Shown: positions 1 to 12,075, counted from the stretch's first letter. The stretch: 64,000 bases of DNA from an uncultured delta proteobacterium (GCA_963822965.1 CAWGJT010000010.1:992001-1056000); one strand, 5' to 3'. The notes: generated by a model not told the origin, from the sequence alone. Made by a program: numbers and translations.

Positions 1-539
1 ACCGCCCACAGCCCGATGTCGCGCAGCCACTCGCGCGTGCGTGCGTCCCGCCCCGTGTCCCGTCCGGCGTCGAGAGCGAAGTAGACGAGGGAGCAGAGAA
101 TCGCCCCGGCGTAGCCCCGCGCCTGGGCAGACGCGGAGACGAGCGGATACGACGTCGCAGCGAGGGCCAGGACGAAGGCCGCCTCCGCACGACCCCACCG
201 GCGCCCGATCCGGTACAGCACCGCGAGCGAGACGGCGCCGGTCACCTCGGCCGGGATCCGGAACAGGAACCAGTGCGCCTGCGCGAGAGGACCGTCGACG
301 GCTCGCAGATAGAGCGTGTTCAGCAGGTGGTTGTTGTCGTGGTGGAAGCCCGTGAAGATCTCGAGCGCGGTGCGGGCCTGCCGGGCGATGGCGAGGGACC
401 AGACCTCGTCGAGCCAGAAGCTCTCGAAGCCCATCGCCACCCGCAGCGCCACGCCGACCGCCAGGAGCCCGGCGATCGCCAGCGAGAACGCCCTGGACGG
501 AGGCTTCGTGTCCTGGCGATCCGCGGGCCCGCTCGTCAC
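1..539 (-). CDS. Multi-pass membrane glycosyltransferase-like protein (GT-C/PMT-like), truncated by the left window edge
   Basis: Not in the ORF track. Manual translation from GTG 539: VTSGPADRQD...LRVAMGFESFWLDEVWSLAIAR...HHDNNHLLNTLY...ARGYA. WLDE after the first TM and ARGY are GT-C-like. TATGCT lies 6 nt upstream. Confidence 0.7.
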   Translation of the reverse strand, partial: MTSGPADRQDTKPPSRAFSLAIAGLLAVGVALRVAMGFESFWLDEVWSLAIARQARTALEIFTGFHHDNNHLLNTLYLRAVDGPLAQAHWFLFRIPAEVTGAVSLAVLYRIGRRWGRAEAAFVLALAATSYPLVSASAQARGYAGAILCSLVYFALDAGRDTGRDARTREWLRDIGLWA

Positions 540-621
540 GGAGCGAGCATACTGGAGGCGGTGGGCGGCAGCCGAGCCGCCCGGGGCAGAGCCCGGGCGA
601 GGGGATCTCTCGAGCCCCTCC

Positions 622-1816
<1,195 letters not shown>

Positions 1817-1832
1817 CGTGGCCCGGACGCCT

Positions 1833-2234
1833 TCAGGCGTCCTGCAGCTCGTAGGCCCGGGGATCGCGCTTCCGGTGCTCCAGCACGAACTGGAACTGGT
1901 GATCGCCCAGCTCGATCCGGTCGCCGTTCTTGAGCTCGGTGGTGAGGGTGCCGCCCCCGTTGACCAGGACGCCGTTGGTGCTGCCGAGGTCGCGCAGGCA
2001 CATGGCGCCGTCCATGACCTCGAAGGCCGCGTGCTCCCGGGACATGGTCCGATCGTCGAAGGCGAGGTCGACGCCGGGCCCGCGGCCAACCGTGGTGCGC
2101 TCGCGCACGAGCTCGTACTCGTTTCCGGCCGTGGCGCCCGAGAGGGTCACGATCACGGCGCGGTGCGCCGCGAGAAAAGGGTGCTGCTGGACCGGCAGCT
2201 CGCGCCGGACCTTCTTCGTGCGTCCGTCCTGCAT
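1833..2234 (-). CDS. FHA domain protein
   Basis: VGRG...MSREHA...DLGSTNG FHA motifs; GGAGG RBS before ATG 2234; directly upstream of the kinase. Confidence 0.9.
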   Translation of the reverse strand: MQDGRTKKVRRELPVQQHPFLAAHRAVIVTLSGATAGNEYELVRERTTVGRGPGVDLAFDDRTMSREHAAFEVMDGAMCLRDLGSTNGVLVNGGGTLTTELKNGDRIELGDHQFQFVLEHRKRDPRAYELQDA

Positions 2235-2377
2235 CGAGGACCTCCTGACTGGCCCGGATCGGCTCCGCCGCAGCCGCGCTTGAGACCCGCGGCCGAGTCG
2301 CCGCCCGGCTGCGCGCGCGCGCGCCGGCAGCGCCGGGGCCCAGGCCGCGGGCGCGCCGCGTGTTTCGGCGGATGGAG

Positions 2378-2761
2378 TCAGGCGCCGCGCAAGCTGTCCA
2401 GGCTCCACTTGCCCGCGCCGTGGGCGGCCACGTAGAGGAAGACGAAGCAGAAGAGCACGGCGAGCTCGCCGCCGTTCAGGAGCGGGAACAGGTGCTTGGT
2501 GCCGTGGGCGATCCAGTAGGCCGCGGCCATCAGCCCGGAGCACAGGAACGCTGCGTGACGCGTGAAGAGGCCGAGCGCGACGAGCGCCCCGCCCACCAGC
2601 TCGATCGTGCCCGCCACGTAGATGATCACCGCAGGCGCGTCCGGTGCCGCCTGGGGGTACCCGAGGAGCTTCTGCGAGCCGTGGAAGAAGAAGAGCAGGC
2701 CGGCCATGACGCGCAGGGCCGCGTAGGTCTCGCCGGTGAAGCGCCTCATGAAGCTGGCCAT
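2378..2761 (-). CDS. DoxX family membrane protein
   Basis: LRVMAGLLFFFHGSQKLLG...IELVGG...NGGELA...GAGKWSLD; GGAG RBS. Confidence 0.9.
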   Translation of the reverse strand: MASFMRRFTGETYAALRVMAGLLFFFHGSQKLLGYPQAAPDAPAVIIYVAGTIELVGGALVALGLFTRHAAFLCSGLMAAAYWIAHGTKHLFPLLNGGELAVLFCFVFLYVAAHGAGKWSLDSLRGA

Positions 2762-2888
2762 GGAATCTCCCGTTCGCTTTCGTGGTTCGGGACAGGCTAA
2801 CGAAGCCCGGGCGATGTGCGGCTCCGCACATCGCCCGGACCGTGCCGGGGTGCTCAAGAGAAGCCCCGTTCCGGCCGAATCCGTGTCG

Positions 2889-4001
2889 ATGGCAATCCGT
2901 TCCGACGACGAATCCGGGCCGCCCGGCCGGCAGCGCGTGCGCGGATTCCTGGAGTCCGTCGTCACGCGGGCGGGCACCGGCGTGGGACGGCTGCGGGACG
3001 CCGCGATGGAGATCTCCGGCTCGCCCGTGGTGGCCCACGCCCTGGCGGCCCGGGAGCGCGGCAACGTGGAGGCCGCCTTCTGGCTGCTGGGGGAGGCCTT
3101 CGGCGCGAACCCCGAGGCCGACGGCGTGGCCGTCCACTACTGGAACGTCGCCCTCGACCTGGGACGGGTCGACATCGCGTCGCCCGCCGGTGTGCAGCTC
3201 GTCGAGCGGCACGCCGCAGCCGGCGACCGCGAGCTGGCGGCGCAGTACTGGCTCGAGCTCGCCAGCGCCGCGCCGGACGTCTTCGTCTCCCCCGGCGCCA
3301 TCGCGACGATCCTGCCGGCCCTGAAGCAGCGACTGGCGGAGTCCGACGCCGAGCACGTCCCCGAGCTTCGCGGACGGCTGCGCCGGGCGATGCGCCAGGC
3401 CGTCGATCCCCGAAACAGCGACCTGCATCCCGGGGTCGCCCTGCGGCTCTTCGAGCAGGGTCGCGAGCTGAACCCCGAGGCGGCCCGCCGGGCGGCCGAG
3501 GTGGCCCTCAAGTCGCCGAACCTGCACCAGGCGAAGCGCACGCGCCTGGAGGAGGCCCTGGCCCCCCAGCCCGTGCAGCGCTTCAAGCTCTTCGTCGGGG
3601 TGCCGGTGGAGCTCGGCCCGGACGCCATCGTGCTGCGGGACGAGAACGGCATCGACGTACCGATCCCCTACCAGGGCATCCAGGCCGTCGCGGCGGCCGA
3701 GGTGTCGGGCCTCGGTCCCGAGCCGGTCGCGGTGATCGACCTGATCCGCCGCATGCGGGGTGCTTCCCGGGCCGAGCCGCCGCTCATCGCCCGCATCCGC
3801 GGCGACAGCCTCGACGTGGCGGCACTGCTCGGGGAGCCCGGCCTCTCGGCTTCGGACCTCAGCGCCTTCCTGGGCGAGATCCTGGAGCGCACCCGCGCCG
3901 TGCCCCTGCCCGATCCGGAGAGCGCTCTGGGCGTGCGGCTCGCCTGCTTCGCGAGCTTGGCGGAGTACGAGAGCGAGGTCCTGAGCCTGCTCCCGGGATA
4001 G
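2889..4001 (+). CDS. Hypothetical protein (helical N-terminus, unknown C-terminal domain); start uncertain
   Basis: Long ORF with GC3-biased codons and protein-like composition; no recognised motif. Confidence 0.6.
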   Translation: MAIRSDDESGPPGRQRVRGFLESVVTRAGTGVGRLRDAAMEISGSPVVAHALAARERGNVEAAFWLLGEAFGANPEADGVAVHYWNVALDLGRVDIASPAGVQLVERHAAAGDRELAAQYWLELASAAPDVFVSPGAIATILPALKQRLAESDAEHVPELRGRLRRAMRQAVDPRNSDLHPGVALRLFEQGRELNPEAARRAAEVALKSPNLHQAKRTRLEEALAPQPVQRFKLFVGVPVELGPDAIVLRDENGIDVPIPYQGIQAVAAAEVSGLGPEPVAVIDLIRRMRGASRAEPPLIARIRGDSLDVAALLGEPGLSASDLSAFLGEILERTRAVPLPDPESALGVRLACFASLAEYESEVLSLLPG

Positions 4002-4110
4002 AGAATCCGACGAGCCGGATTCACCAGCCTCGTCGGAGGCTTGCGACGTAACCCTCGACGGGGATGGAAGGGGTTCTCGCGAGTCGGGCGACCCGGGACG
4101 GGCCCGGCTC

Positions 4111-5025
<915 letters not shown>

Positions 5026-5186
5026 CGGCGCCTCATGGCTGAATTCGCGTGGTGCGCCGCGCCCCGGATCGGGATGGGCCCCATACACACGATGTGGTTT
5101 CCTCGCCACAGAGCCGGATGTGACCCTGTCACCCCCCTGTCGGGCTAGACTGCCCCTGCTCGGAAGCCACGCCTCGCCGATCTCCA

Positions 5187-6308
5187 ATGGAGCTCCTCAT
5201 GGTCTCGACCCCGGAACCGCCGAGCGAGGACGCCCTCCTCTCGCGCGCCCTCGCGGTGACGATCCGCCTGGCCATGGTCACCCTGGTAGTCGTCGCGTGC
5301 TTCCAGATCCTGCGCCCCTTCCTGATCCCCATCGTCTGGGGCGGCATCATCGCGGTGGCCGTGTACCCCGCGCACCTTGCCGTCACCCGGCGCCTCGGGG
5401 ATCGGCCGCGCCTCTCGGCTGCCCTCCTCACGGCGGTGGGGCTCCTCGCGCTCCTGATCCCCATCGGGCTCTTCGCGGGCTCCATGGTCGAGAGCGCCCA
5501 GCAGCTCGCCGGTCGGATCCAGGGCCAGCCGTTGCAGGTGCCGCCACCGCCGGCGGGCCTGGCCGACTGGCCGATCGTGGGAGAGCGCCTCTTCGACGCC
5601 TGGAGCAAGGCCCAGGCGAACCTGGGCGACACGATCCACCAGTTCGCCCCGCAGCTCCGGGCCGTGGGCGGCTGGCTGCTGTCCGCGGGCGCCGGCACCG
5701 GCGCGGCCCTCGGACAGTTCCTGATCTCGATCGTGATCGCGGGGGCGTTCCTCGCCGGCTCCGAGGGCAGCCTGAGCATCGTGGGAAGGATCGTCGCCAG
5801 GCTGGCCGGGCCCCAGGGCGCAAGCTACGTGGCGATCGTGGGCCAGACGGTGCGAAGCGTCGCCCTCGGCATCGTGGGTGTGGCCGTGATCCAGGCGACG
5901 TTGATCGGCCTCGGCTTCGTGGCGGTGGGCGTTCCGCACGCGGGCGTTTGGTCCCTGGCGTGCCTCGCCCTCGCCGTGCTGCAGCTGCCCGCCGCCCTCG
6001 TGGTGCTCCCGGTCGTGGTCTACGTCTTCTCGACCGAGTCCACGGGCGTGGCCGTCGTCTTCGCGATCTGGAGCCTGATGGCAGGGCTCAGCGACAACGT
6101 GCTGAAGCCCCTCCTGCTGGGGCGCGGGTCGACTGCGCCCATGATCGTGATCTTCATGGGCTCGATCGGGGGCTTCCTCATGGCCGGCTTCATCGGCCTC
6201 TTCGTCGGCGCCGTGGTGCTGGCCCTGGGCTACGAGCTGCTGCACGTGTGGCTGGGCGAGCAGCCGGCTCCCGCGATCGGGGACAAGCCCGCGGTTGCCG
6301 CGGAGTAG
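5187..6308 (+). CDS. AI-2E family transporter (YdiK-like)
   Basis: Multi-TM; PFLIPIVWGGIIAVAVYP, DNVLKPLLLGRG, GFIGLFVGAVVLA. Confidence 0.88.
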   Translation: MELLMVSTPEPPSEDALLSRALAVTIRLAMVTLVVVACFQILRPFLIPIVWGGIIAVAVYPAHLAVTRRLGDRPRLSAALLTAVGLLALLIPIGLFAGSMVESAQQLAGRIQGQPLQVPPPPAGLADWPIVGERLFDAWSKAQANLGDTIHQFAPQLRAVGGWLLSAGAGTGAALGQFLISIVIAGAFLAGSEGSLSIVGRIVARLAGPQGASYVAIVGQTVRSVALGIVGVAVIQATLIGLGFVAVGVPHAGVWSLACLALAVLQLPAALVVLPVVVYVFSTESTGVAVVFAIWSLMAGLSDNVLKPLLLGRGSTAPMIVIFMGSIGGFLMAGFIGLFVGAVVLALGYELLHVWLGEQPAPAIGDKPAVAAE

Positions 6309-6329
6309 GCGCACACGGAAGCCGACCTG

Positions 6330-6989
6330 GTGAGCGACCTGCCGCCCTCCTCCGAGCCGCCCCGCGACGCCTGGCTCGCGCGCGACCCGCTCCCCGCCGA
6401 GCCGGTGGCGATCGTCGAGCGCTGGCTGGCCGAAGCCTTCGCGGAGGGGGGGCAACCGAGCCCGCACGCCGTCGCCCTCGCGACGGTGGACGCCGATGGG
6501 CGGCCCAGCGTTCGCATGGTCCTCTGCAACCAGATCGACGTGGCGCGCGGTGCCTTCACGATCTACACGAACCGCGAGAGCCGCAAGGGACGCGCGCTGG
6601 CCCACGACCCGCGCGCGGCGATGACCTTCCACTGGCCGGGCCGGCAGGTCCGCATCGAGGGACACGTGGAGTGGACGCCGGACGAGGCCTGCGACGCCTA
6701 CTTCGCGAGTCGTCCCCTCGAGGCGCGCCTCGGCGCCTGGGCGAGCCGGCAGAGCCAGCCGGTCGCGTCGCGAGCCGTCCTGCTGGCCGAGGTGGAAGCC
6801 GCCGCGCAGCGCTTCCAGGCACGCCACGAGCACGACGTGGTGCCGCGCCCCCCGCACTGGGGCGGCTTCACGCTGGTCGCCGAATCCGTCGAGCTGTGGG
6901 TCGACCGTCGGGGCCGCATCCACGATCGTGCCGTGTGGCGCCGCGACGCCGAAGGCGGCCCCTGGCAGGCCACGCGCCTCCAACCTTGA
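6330..6989 (+). CDS. pdxH: Pyridoxamine 5'-phosphate oxidase
   Basis: LATVDADGRPSVRMVL, YTNRESRKG, RQVRIEG, YFASRP, GAWASRQS, RPPHWGG, RIHDR, RLQP. Confidence 0.92.
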   Translation: MSDLPPSSEPPRDAWLARDPLPAEPVAIVERWLAEAFAEGGQPSPHAVALATVDADGRPSVRMVLCNQIDVARGAFTIYTNRESRKGRALAHDPRAAMTFHWPGRQVRIEGHVEWTPDEACDAYFASRPLEARLGAWASRQSQPVASRAVLLAEVEAAAQRFQARHEHDVVPRPPHWGGFTLVAESVELWVDRRGRIHDRAVWRRDAEGGPWQATRLQP

Positions 6990-7035
6990 GGCGGAGATCT
7001 CCGTTCCCGGCGGGAGCCGGGAACGGAGCACCGGG

Positions 7036-7449
7036 TCAGCCGGCCTGCACCTGGATCGTGCGCGGTTGGTGCTTCTCCGCCTTGCGCAGCTCGAGCTCGA
7101 GCACGCCGTTGCGCAGCGAGGCGGTCACCCCGTCCGGATCGATGTCCTCGGAGATCTGGAACTCCCGGTGATAGGAGCCGAAACGGTACTCGCGGTGCAG
7201 GGGGCGCCAGCTCTCGTCGGGAAGCGTCTGGAGCTGCGCGTCGATGGTGAGACTGCCGCGCTCCAGCCGTACGTCCACGGACTGCTCGTCGGCGCCGGGC
7301 AGGTCGGCATACACCACGTAGGCGTCGCTCCGCTCGAGAATGTCCACGTCGGGCCGAAAGACCGGACCCGGCCGGGTGCCTTCGCGCTCGAGAGCAGCCT
7401 TGTCGCGCAGCTCGAGGTCTGTGCGGGTGGCCTGGGGTTCGTTGGCCAT
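7036..7449 (-). CDS. Hsp20/alpha-crystallin small heat shock protein
   Basis: PDVDILE...ADLPG...REF...ASLRNGVLELEL; GGAGGAAG RBS. Confidence 0.92.
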   Translation of the reverse strand: MANEPQATRTDLELRDKAALEREGTRPGPVFRPDVDILERSDAYVVYADLPGADEQSVDVRLERGSLTIDAQLQTLPDESWRPLHREYRFGSYHREFQISEDIDPDGVTASLRNGVLELELRKAEKHQPRTIQVQAG

Positions 7450-7492
7450 GATCTTCCTCCTGTGCGTTCTCCAGTGTCTCGTGGTCGTCGCC

Positions 7493-7942
7493 TCAGCTCG
7501 TCTGGATGGAGATGCGTCGCGGCTGCCGCTCGGGCGTCTTGGGAAGCCGCAGCAGCAGGACGCCGTTGCGGTGTACCGCCTCCACCTTCTCGACGTCGAC
7601 GTCGGCGGGAAGCTCGAACGCGCGGCGGAAGGCGCCGCTCTGGCGCTCGCGCCGGTGCACCCCACCGGGGACGTTCGAGTAGTCGATCTTGCGTTCGCCG
7701 CGCAGGGTCACCGTGCTGCCCTCGATGGAGAGCTCGAGATCCTCGGGGCCCACGCCCGGGAGCTCCGTGGTGAGCATGTAGGAATCGGTGGTCTCGTAGA
7801 GGTTGACCGCCGGAAAGACGCCCCGCCGGGCTTCCAGAGGGCTGTCCGAGAAGCGGTTGAAGACGGCATCCATCTCGCGACGGAGGTCGTCGAAGCCCCC
7901 CCAGGGCCCCAGTCCGGGGCGGTAAAGACGGTACTGAGCCAT
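7493..7942 (-). CDS. Hsp20/alpha-crystallin small heat shock protein
   Basis: FPAVNLYE...ELPGV...RRERQSGAFRRAFELP...NGVLLLRLPK; AAGGAGG RBS; tandem with the second Hsp20. Confidence 0.93.
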   Translation of the reverse strand: MAQYRLYRPGLGPWGGFDDLRREMDAVFNRFSDSPLEARRGVFPAVNLYETTDSYMLTTELPGVGPEDLELSIEGSTVTLRGERKIDYSNVPGGVHRRERQSGAFRRAFELPADVDVEKVEAVHRNGVLLLRLPKTPERQPRRISIQTS

Positions 7943-8032
7943 CGTCGTCCTCCTTCCTTGGCTTCGTTCGAATCGTTCTGCTTCCTGGTTGCCGGGCCCC
8001 GGCCCGACGGGCCGCTCCGACGGCGTTCTTGG

Positions 8033-8059
8033 ATGTGCACGGGCGCCGGGGTTGTCAAG
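8033..8059 (-). promoter_or_regulatory. Candidate promoter of the hsp20 pair (CTTGACA...GCACAT)
   Basis: Minus strand reads CTTGACAaccccggcgcccgtGCACAT about 90 nt upstream of the hsp20 start; perfect TTGACA -35, weak -10. Confidence 0.35.
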
Positions 8060-9740
8060 GCGCGGGCGAGGATCGGGAGCGAGGTGAGCGAGGGCCGCCC
8101 TCCGGTGCCAGCTCGACCACCGTGAACCCGCCGACCCGGACGAGGCCGGTCATACGCTGTCGCACGAGCCGGGCGAGCCGGGGAAGGTGCGCGAGGGCCG
8201 TCCCGTTCCAGGTGTGTCGCCCCTCCAGCACGACGAGGCGGACGTCGAGCGCGTCGAAGCGCTCGAGCAACATCTGCTCCCAGGCTGCGAACGCCGGGTC
8301 GCCGCCGGTGGGAATCGTGAGCCCCCGGTGGAACCACAGGGAGGGCGACACCGACGGCATGCCCGTCAGCCCGTACAGGATGCTCGCGTCCCCGATCAGG
8401 AGGAAGTGCTCATTGCGGGCCTCGAGCAGCTCGACGAGGTCGCGCAGGTCGGCGGCGGTGTACGGAACGTAGGGCGAGGTCTGCCAGCCCAGGAAGCCCA
8501 GTGCGGGCGGCAGAACGGGCGCGTTGGCGGCCGCTACCTCCGGGTCCCAGACGATGTCGTCCACCGAGCGCGAGGCGTCGAACGTGTCGGCGAAGTGAAG
8601 CCCGTCGCGCAGGGCGACGGCGAGCACCAGGACGCCCAGGAGCCGCGCCCAACGAGGAACGCCCGATCCGCCCGGCCAGGCCCTCGCGACGGACCGGAGG
8701 GCGTCGTGCACCAGGCCCATGGCCAGGAACACGTAGGGAACGCCCAGGGCCGGCTGGTTCAGGGTCACTCCCACGAAGCCCAGGCACACGAGCAGGACCG
8801 CCTCGGCCAGCAGGATCCGGCGGATCGCCGGGCCCAACGCACCGAGCCGCGGACCGTCCGCGACGGCCCGGCCGGCGACGAGCGTCCCCAGCGCCAGCGC
8901 GAGCAACGCCTGGACCGCCCCGATGGACCAGAGCCCGAGCTCTCCGGTCTTCTCCCACAGGAGCCCGGCCATGCCGGAGACCCCGGGATGCTGGGCGACG
9001 CGGCGCGCTGCCTCTTCGGCCGGGAGGCGCAGCAGGTACGTCTGGACGAGATCGGGCCGCACGCCCGCCGCGAAGGCCCACAGGGTGAGCAGGCCGACGG
9101 AGGCCAGCGCAGACGCGGCCAGCAGCACGATGCGGCGTCTGCGCTCGTCCCGACGGGCTCGCAGGGCAATCGCCAGGACGATCGGCACCACCCACGCCGA
9201 GGGGATCTGCTTCGCGAGCCCGGCCAGCACGAGCACGGGCGGCACCCCCAGCCAGAGGGCCGTCCCCGTGCGTGTCGGGCGGCCGTCCCGGCTGGCGCGG
9301 ACCGCCATGCCGACGGCCAGCAGCGAGAAGAAGAAGGCGTGCGGATCCATGTAGGGCACACCGATCGGCGGATAGAGCACGAGCGCGCTGAGCGCGCCGT
9401 AGACGAAAGCGAACGGCGCTTCGAGGCCCAGCGCGGTGAGGATGCGCGCGACCAGCACGGCGAAGAGACCGTTGACGAGCGCCGCATGCAGGCAGTAGGC
9501 GAGCCACGTGACGCCCAGGACCGAGAAGAAGCCCGCCTGCAGGGCGTGCACCACGATGCCATTGGGCGCGACGTAGTCGCGGAACGGAACCTGTCCGGAC
9601 AACACGCGCCAGCCGCCGTCGAAGACGATCGACTGGTCGAGGGGCATGAAGCCGCGCCGCCCGAAGTGGAGGCTCGCCGCCACCCCGATCGCGAAGAGCA
9701 GCCACGCGCTCGCGTGGCGCAGCACCGGGCGGCTCGTCAA
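8055..9740 (-). CDS. Multi-pass membrane protein, GT-C/ArnT-like
   Basis: GFMPLDQSIVFDGGWRVLSGQVPFRDY after TM1, about 11 TM segments, LAKQ motif, periplasmic C-terminus. Confidence 0.7.
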   Translation of the reverse strand: MTSRPVLRHASAWLLFAIGVAASLHFGRRGFMPLDQSIVFDGGWRVLSGQVPFRDYVAPNGIVVHALQAGFFSVLGVTWLAYCLHAALVNGLFAVLVARILTALGLEAPFAFVYGALSALVLYPPIGVPYMDPHAFFFSLLAVGMAVRASRDGRPTRTGTALWLGVPPVLVLAGLAKQIPSAWVVPIVLAIALRARRDERRRRIVLLAASALASVGLLTLWAFAAGVRPDLVQTYLLRLPAEEAARRVAQHPGVSGMAGLLWEKTGELGLWSIGAVQALLALALGTLVAGRAVADGPRLGALGPAIRRILLAEAVLLVCLGFVGVTLNQPALGVPYVFLAMGLVHDALRSVARAWPGGSGVPRWARLLGVLVLAVALRDGLHFADTFDASRSVDDIVWDPEVAAANAPVLPPALGFLGWQTSPYVPYTAADLRDLVELLEARNEHFLLIGDASILYGLTGMPSVSPSLWFHRGLTIPTGGDPAFAAWEQMLLERFDALDVRLVVLEGRHTWNGTALAHLPRLARLVRQRMTGLVRVGGFTVVELAPEGGPRSPRSRSSPAP

Positions 9741-9790
9741 CGCCTCGAATCCGAGCCGGGAGCCGATGCGCCGACGCCGGGAGCGACCAT
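9737..9790 (-). CDS. Putative leaderless 17-aa uORF (MVAPGVGASAPGSDSRR) overlapping the next gene's TTG
   Basis: TAGACT-N7-ATG; its TGA overlaps TTG 9740 (TTGA). Confidence 0.3.
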   Translation of the reverse strand: MVAPGVGASAPGSDSRR

Positions 9791-9892
9791 GCCGTCGAGT
9801 CTACTTCGATCCCCCCGGCCGGGCAGGACGCGCCCTACCATGCGGCCTTCCTCTTGGCCCTTTTCCTGGAGCCGTTCGGAGCGGAGGTCGGC

Positions 9893-11041
9893 ATGCAGTT
9901 CGAGACGAGGGCGATCCACGTGGGGCAGGAGCCCGACGCCGAGACGGGCGCGGTGATGCCTCCGATCTATGCGACCTCCACCTTCGCCCAGCTGCGTCCC
10001 GGCGAGACCCGGGGCTACGACTACACGCGCTCGGGCAATCCAGGCTTCACGCGCTTGTCCCGCACCCTGGCCTCGCTGGAGGGCGGGCGCCACGCCACGG
10101 TCTTCGGCAGCGGCATGGCGGCCATCACGGCCGTCATCACGTCGCTGCAATCGGGCGACCGCGTCCTCGCGGAAGAGAACGTCTACGGCTGTACGTTCCG
10201 GATCTTCGCCCGCGTCTTCGAGAAGTTCGGCGTGGCCGTACGCTACGTGGACTTCGCGGACCCGGCGAGCTACGCGCGCATCGCCGAGACCCGCCCGGCG
10301 CTCGTCTGGTTGGAGTCGCCCACCAACCCGCTTCTCAAGATCCTCGACATCGCGGCCATCTCCGACGCCGCCCGGGAGGTGGGAGCCCCCGTGCTGGTGG
10401 ACAACACGTTCGCATCGCCCTACTTCCAGCGGCCGCTCGAGCTCGGGGCCACCCTCTCCCTGGCCAGCACGACCAAGTACGTGAACGGTCACTCGGACTG
10501 TCTCGGCGGCGTGGTGGTGACCGACGACGAGACCTGGCACGAGAGGATGGTCTTCGCGCAGAAGGCCGTCGGTCTGAATCCCTCGCCGTTCGACGCCTGG
10601 CTCGTGTCCCGGGGCGTCAAGACCCTGGCCCTGCGCATGCGCCAGCATCACGAGAACGCGCTGGCGGTGGCCCGGCGCCTGGAGGCCTGGCCGGCGACTC
10701 GCTGGGTGCGACACCCGTTCCTGGAGTCGCACCCGCATGGCGCGCTGGCCCGACGGCAGATGCGCGGCGGCTCGGGGATCGTGTCCCTGGAGCTCGAGGC
10801 CGACCTCGAGACCACCACCGCCTTCGTGTCCGGCCTGGAGCTCTTCCACCTGGCCGAGAGCCTGGGCGGCATCGAGTCGCTGGTCGACCACCCGGCCTCC
10901 ATGACCCACGCCAGCATTCCGCGACCGGAGCGCGAAAAGGTCGGAATCCGCGACGGGCTGGTGCGGCTCTCGGTGGGCATCGAGGCGGAGGAGGACCTGA
11001 TCGCCGATCTCGAGCAGGCGCGCGGGCGGGCGGGCCTGTAG
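9893..11041 (+). CDS. PLP-dependent cystathionine gamma-synthase/gamma-lyase
   Basis: YDYTRSGNP, FGSGMAA, ESPTNP, VDNTF, STTKYVNGHSD (PLP lysine), AESLGGIESL, RLSVGIE; GGAGG RBS. Confidence 0.95.
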   Translation: MQFETRAIHVGQEPDAETGAVMPPIYATSTFAQLRPGETRGYDYTRSGNPGFTRLSRTLASLEGGRHATVFGSGMAAITAVITSLQSGDRVLAEENVYGCTFRIFARVFEKFGVAVRYVDFADPASYARIAETRPALVWLESPTNPLLKILDIAAISDAAREVGAPVLVDNTFASPYFQRPLELGATLSLASTTKYVNGHSDCLGGVVVTDDETWHERMVFAQKAVGLNPSPFDAWLVSRGVKTLALRMRQHHENALAVARRLEAWPATRWVRHPFLESHPHGALARRQMRGGSGIVSLELEADLETTTAFVSGLELFHLAESLGGIESLVDHPASMTHASIPRPEREKVGIRDGLVRLSVGIEAEEDLIADLEQARGRAGL

Positions 11042-11089
11042 TCGGAGCGGCCACGCGAGCGACGGCGGCGGCCGGGTCGACCGGCCGCG

Positions 11090-11716
11090 CTATGCGGGCT
11101 CGGGGCTGCGGTTCGCCATGGCCGCTTCCCGGTCGGCCTGCCGGGTGCGGTCGTTGCGGCGCGCGCTGCCGACGAGCTCGTAGTCGCCGGCATAGGCCGG
11201 GCGGATCTCCCCATCGACGTCCACCAGCCAGGGCATCGCGAGCCGCCGCGGCACCCGCACCCGGCTCACGGGCAGGCGCGTTCCGAAGACCCGATCCCAG
11301 ACGGGCGTCGTCACGCCCTGCGCCCGGCGGGGATCCGCGAAGTGGTGCGCGAAGTGGTTGCGCCGGAGCCAGCGCCCGTAGGCGCCGCGCGGCGGATGGG
11401 TGTGTGCGCGCCGATGCAGCAGCTCGTACAGCAGGTACGTGGCGATGAACCCGGTGCTGAAGCACACGCCCGCAGCCGCCCCGATCCCCACCACGGCGAC
11501 GGGCAGCACGACCGCGGTGACCGCCAGCGCCGCCAGGGCCTTCTGCCACCAGGGGGCGAAGTAGTCGACCTGCGCGTGGTGCCGGCGATGCTCCTTCGCG
11601 CCGAGCCTCGTGGCTGACGCGCCGTGGAACACGAAGCGGTGGAGCACGTACTCGAGCAGCGTCCAGGCAACACCGCCAGCGCCCAGGGCGACGAACGCCG
11701 CAATCCAGGTCTGCAT
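11090..11716 (-). CDS. Sterol desaturase / fatty acid hydroxylase family protein
   Basis: His boxes EYVLHRFVFH, EHRRHH, YELLHRRAH, NHFAHH; GVTTPVWDRVFGT. Confidence 0.9.
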   Translation of the reverse strand: MQTWIAAFVALGAGGVAWTLLEYVLHRFVFHGASATRLGAKEHRRHHAQVDYFAPWWQKALAALAVTAVVLPVAVVGIGAAAGVCFSTGFIATYLLYELLHRRAHTHPPRGAYGRWLRRNHFAHHFADPRRAQGVTTPVWDRVFGTRLPVSRVRVPRRLAMPWLVDVDGEIRPAYAGDYELVGSARRNDRTRQADREAAMANRSPEPA

Positions 11717-12058
11717 GCGGCTCCTCCATGGTCGGCCGCGCGGGAGATCGGGACGAGCCTAGCAGGCCGACCGGCCGGGGGCGGCTCGCGGCCCGCCCCC
11801 AGGCGCCGGCCCCTCCCGGAGGCCCGGGAGTCCGCGCGCGGGGCTCGGTGGGCACGCCGGCGGCGCACGAGGCGCTCGACGCGCTGGCTCGCAGCGAAGC
11901 GCTGCCGCGCAGCCGCTGGGCCGCGGCCGAGCGGCGGCGCAAGGCTCCCCGCATTCCGTAGGGAACGGAAACGGAAGGCAGATCGCCCCACGTCTCGCGG
12001 GCGCCCGGGGCGTCCCGCTGCAGCATCTTCCCCCGCGCGACGCTTCGGGCGTGCCGGA

Positions 12059-12075
12059 TGGGCCCGCCGATTGCA
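12059..12075 (+). promoter_or_regulatory. Candidate sigma54 (-24/-12) promoter of the hemerythrin gene
   Basis: TGGGCCCGCCGATTGCA = GG-N10-GC with TTGCA, 50 nt upstream of ATG 12125. Confidence 0.45.

Noticed and set aside
11760..12050. Riboswitch or ncRNA in the GC-rich gap before the hemerythrin gene
   Set aside because: Only generic GC pairing; no recognisable conserved motif. An Rfam search would be needed.
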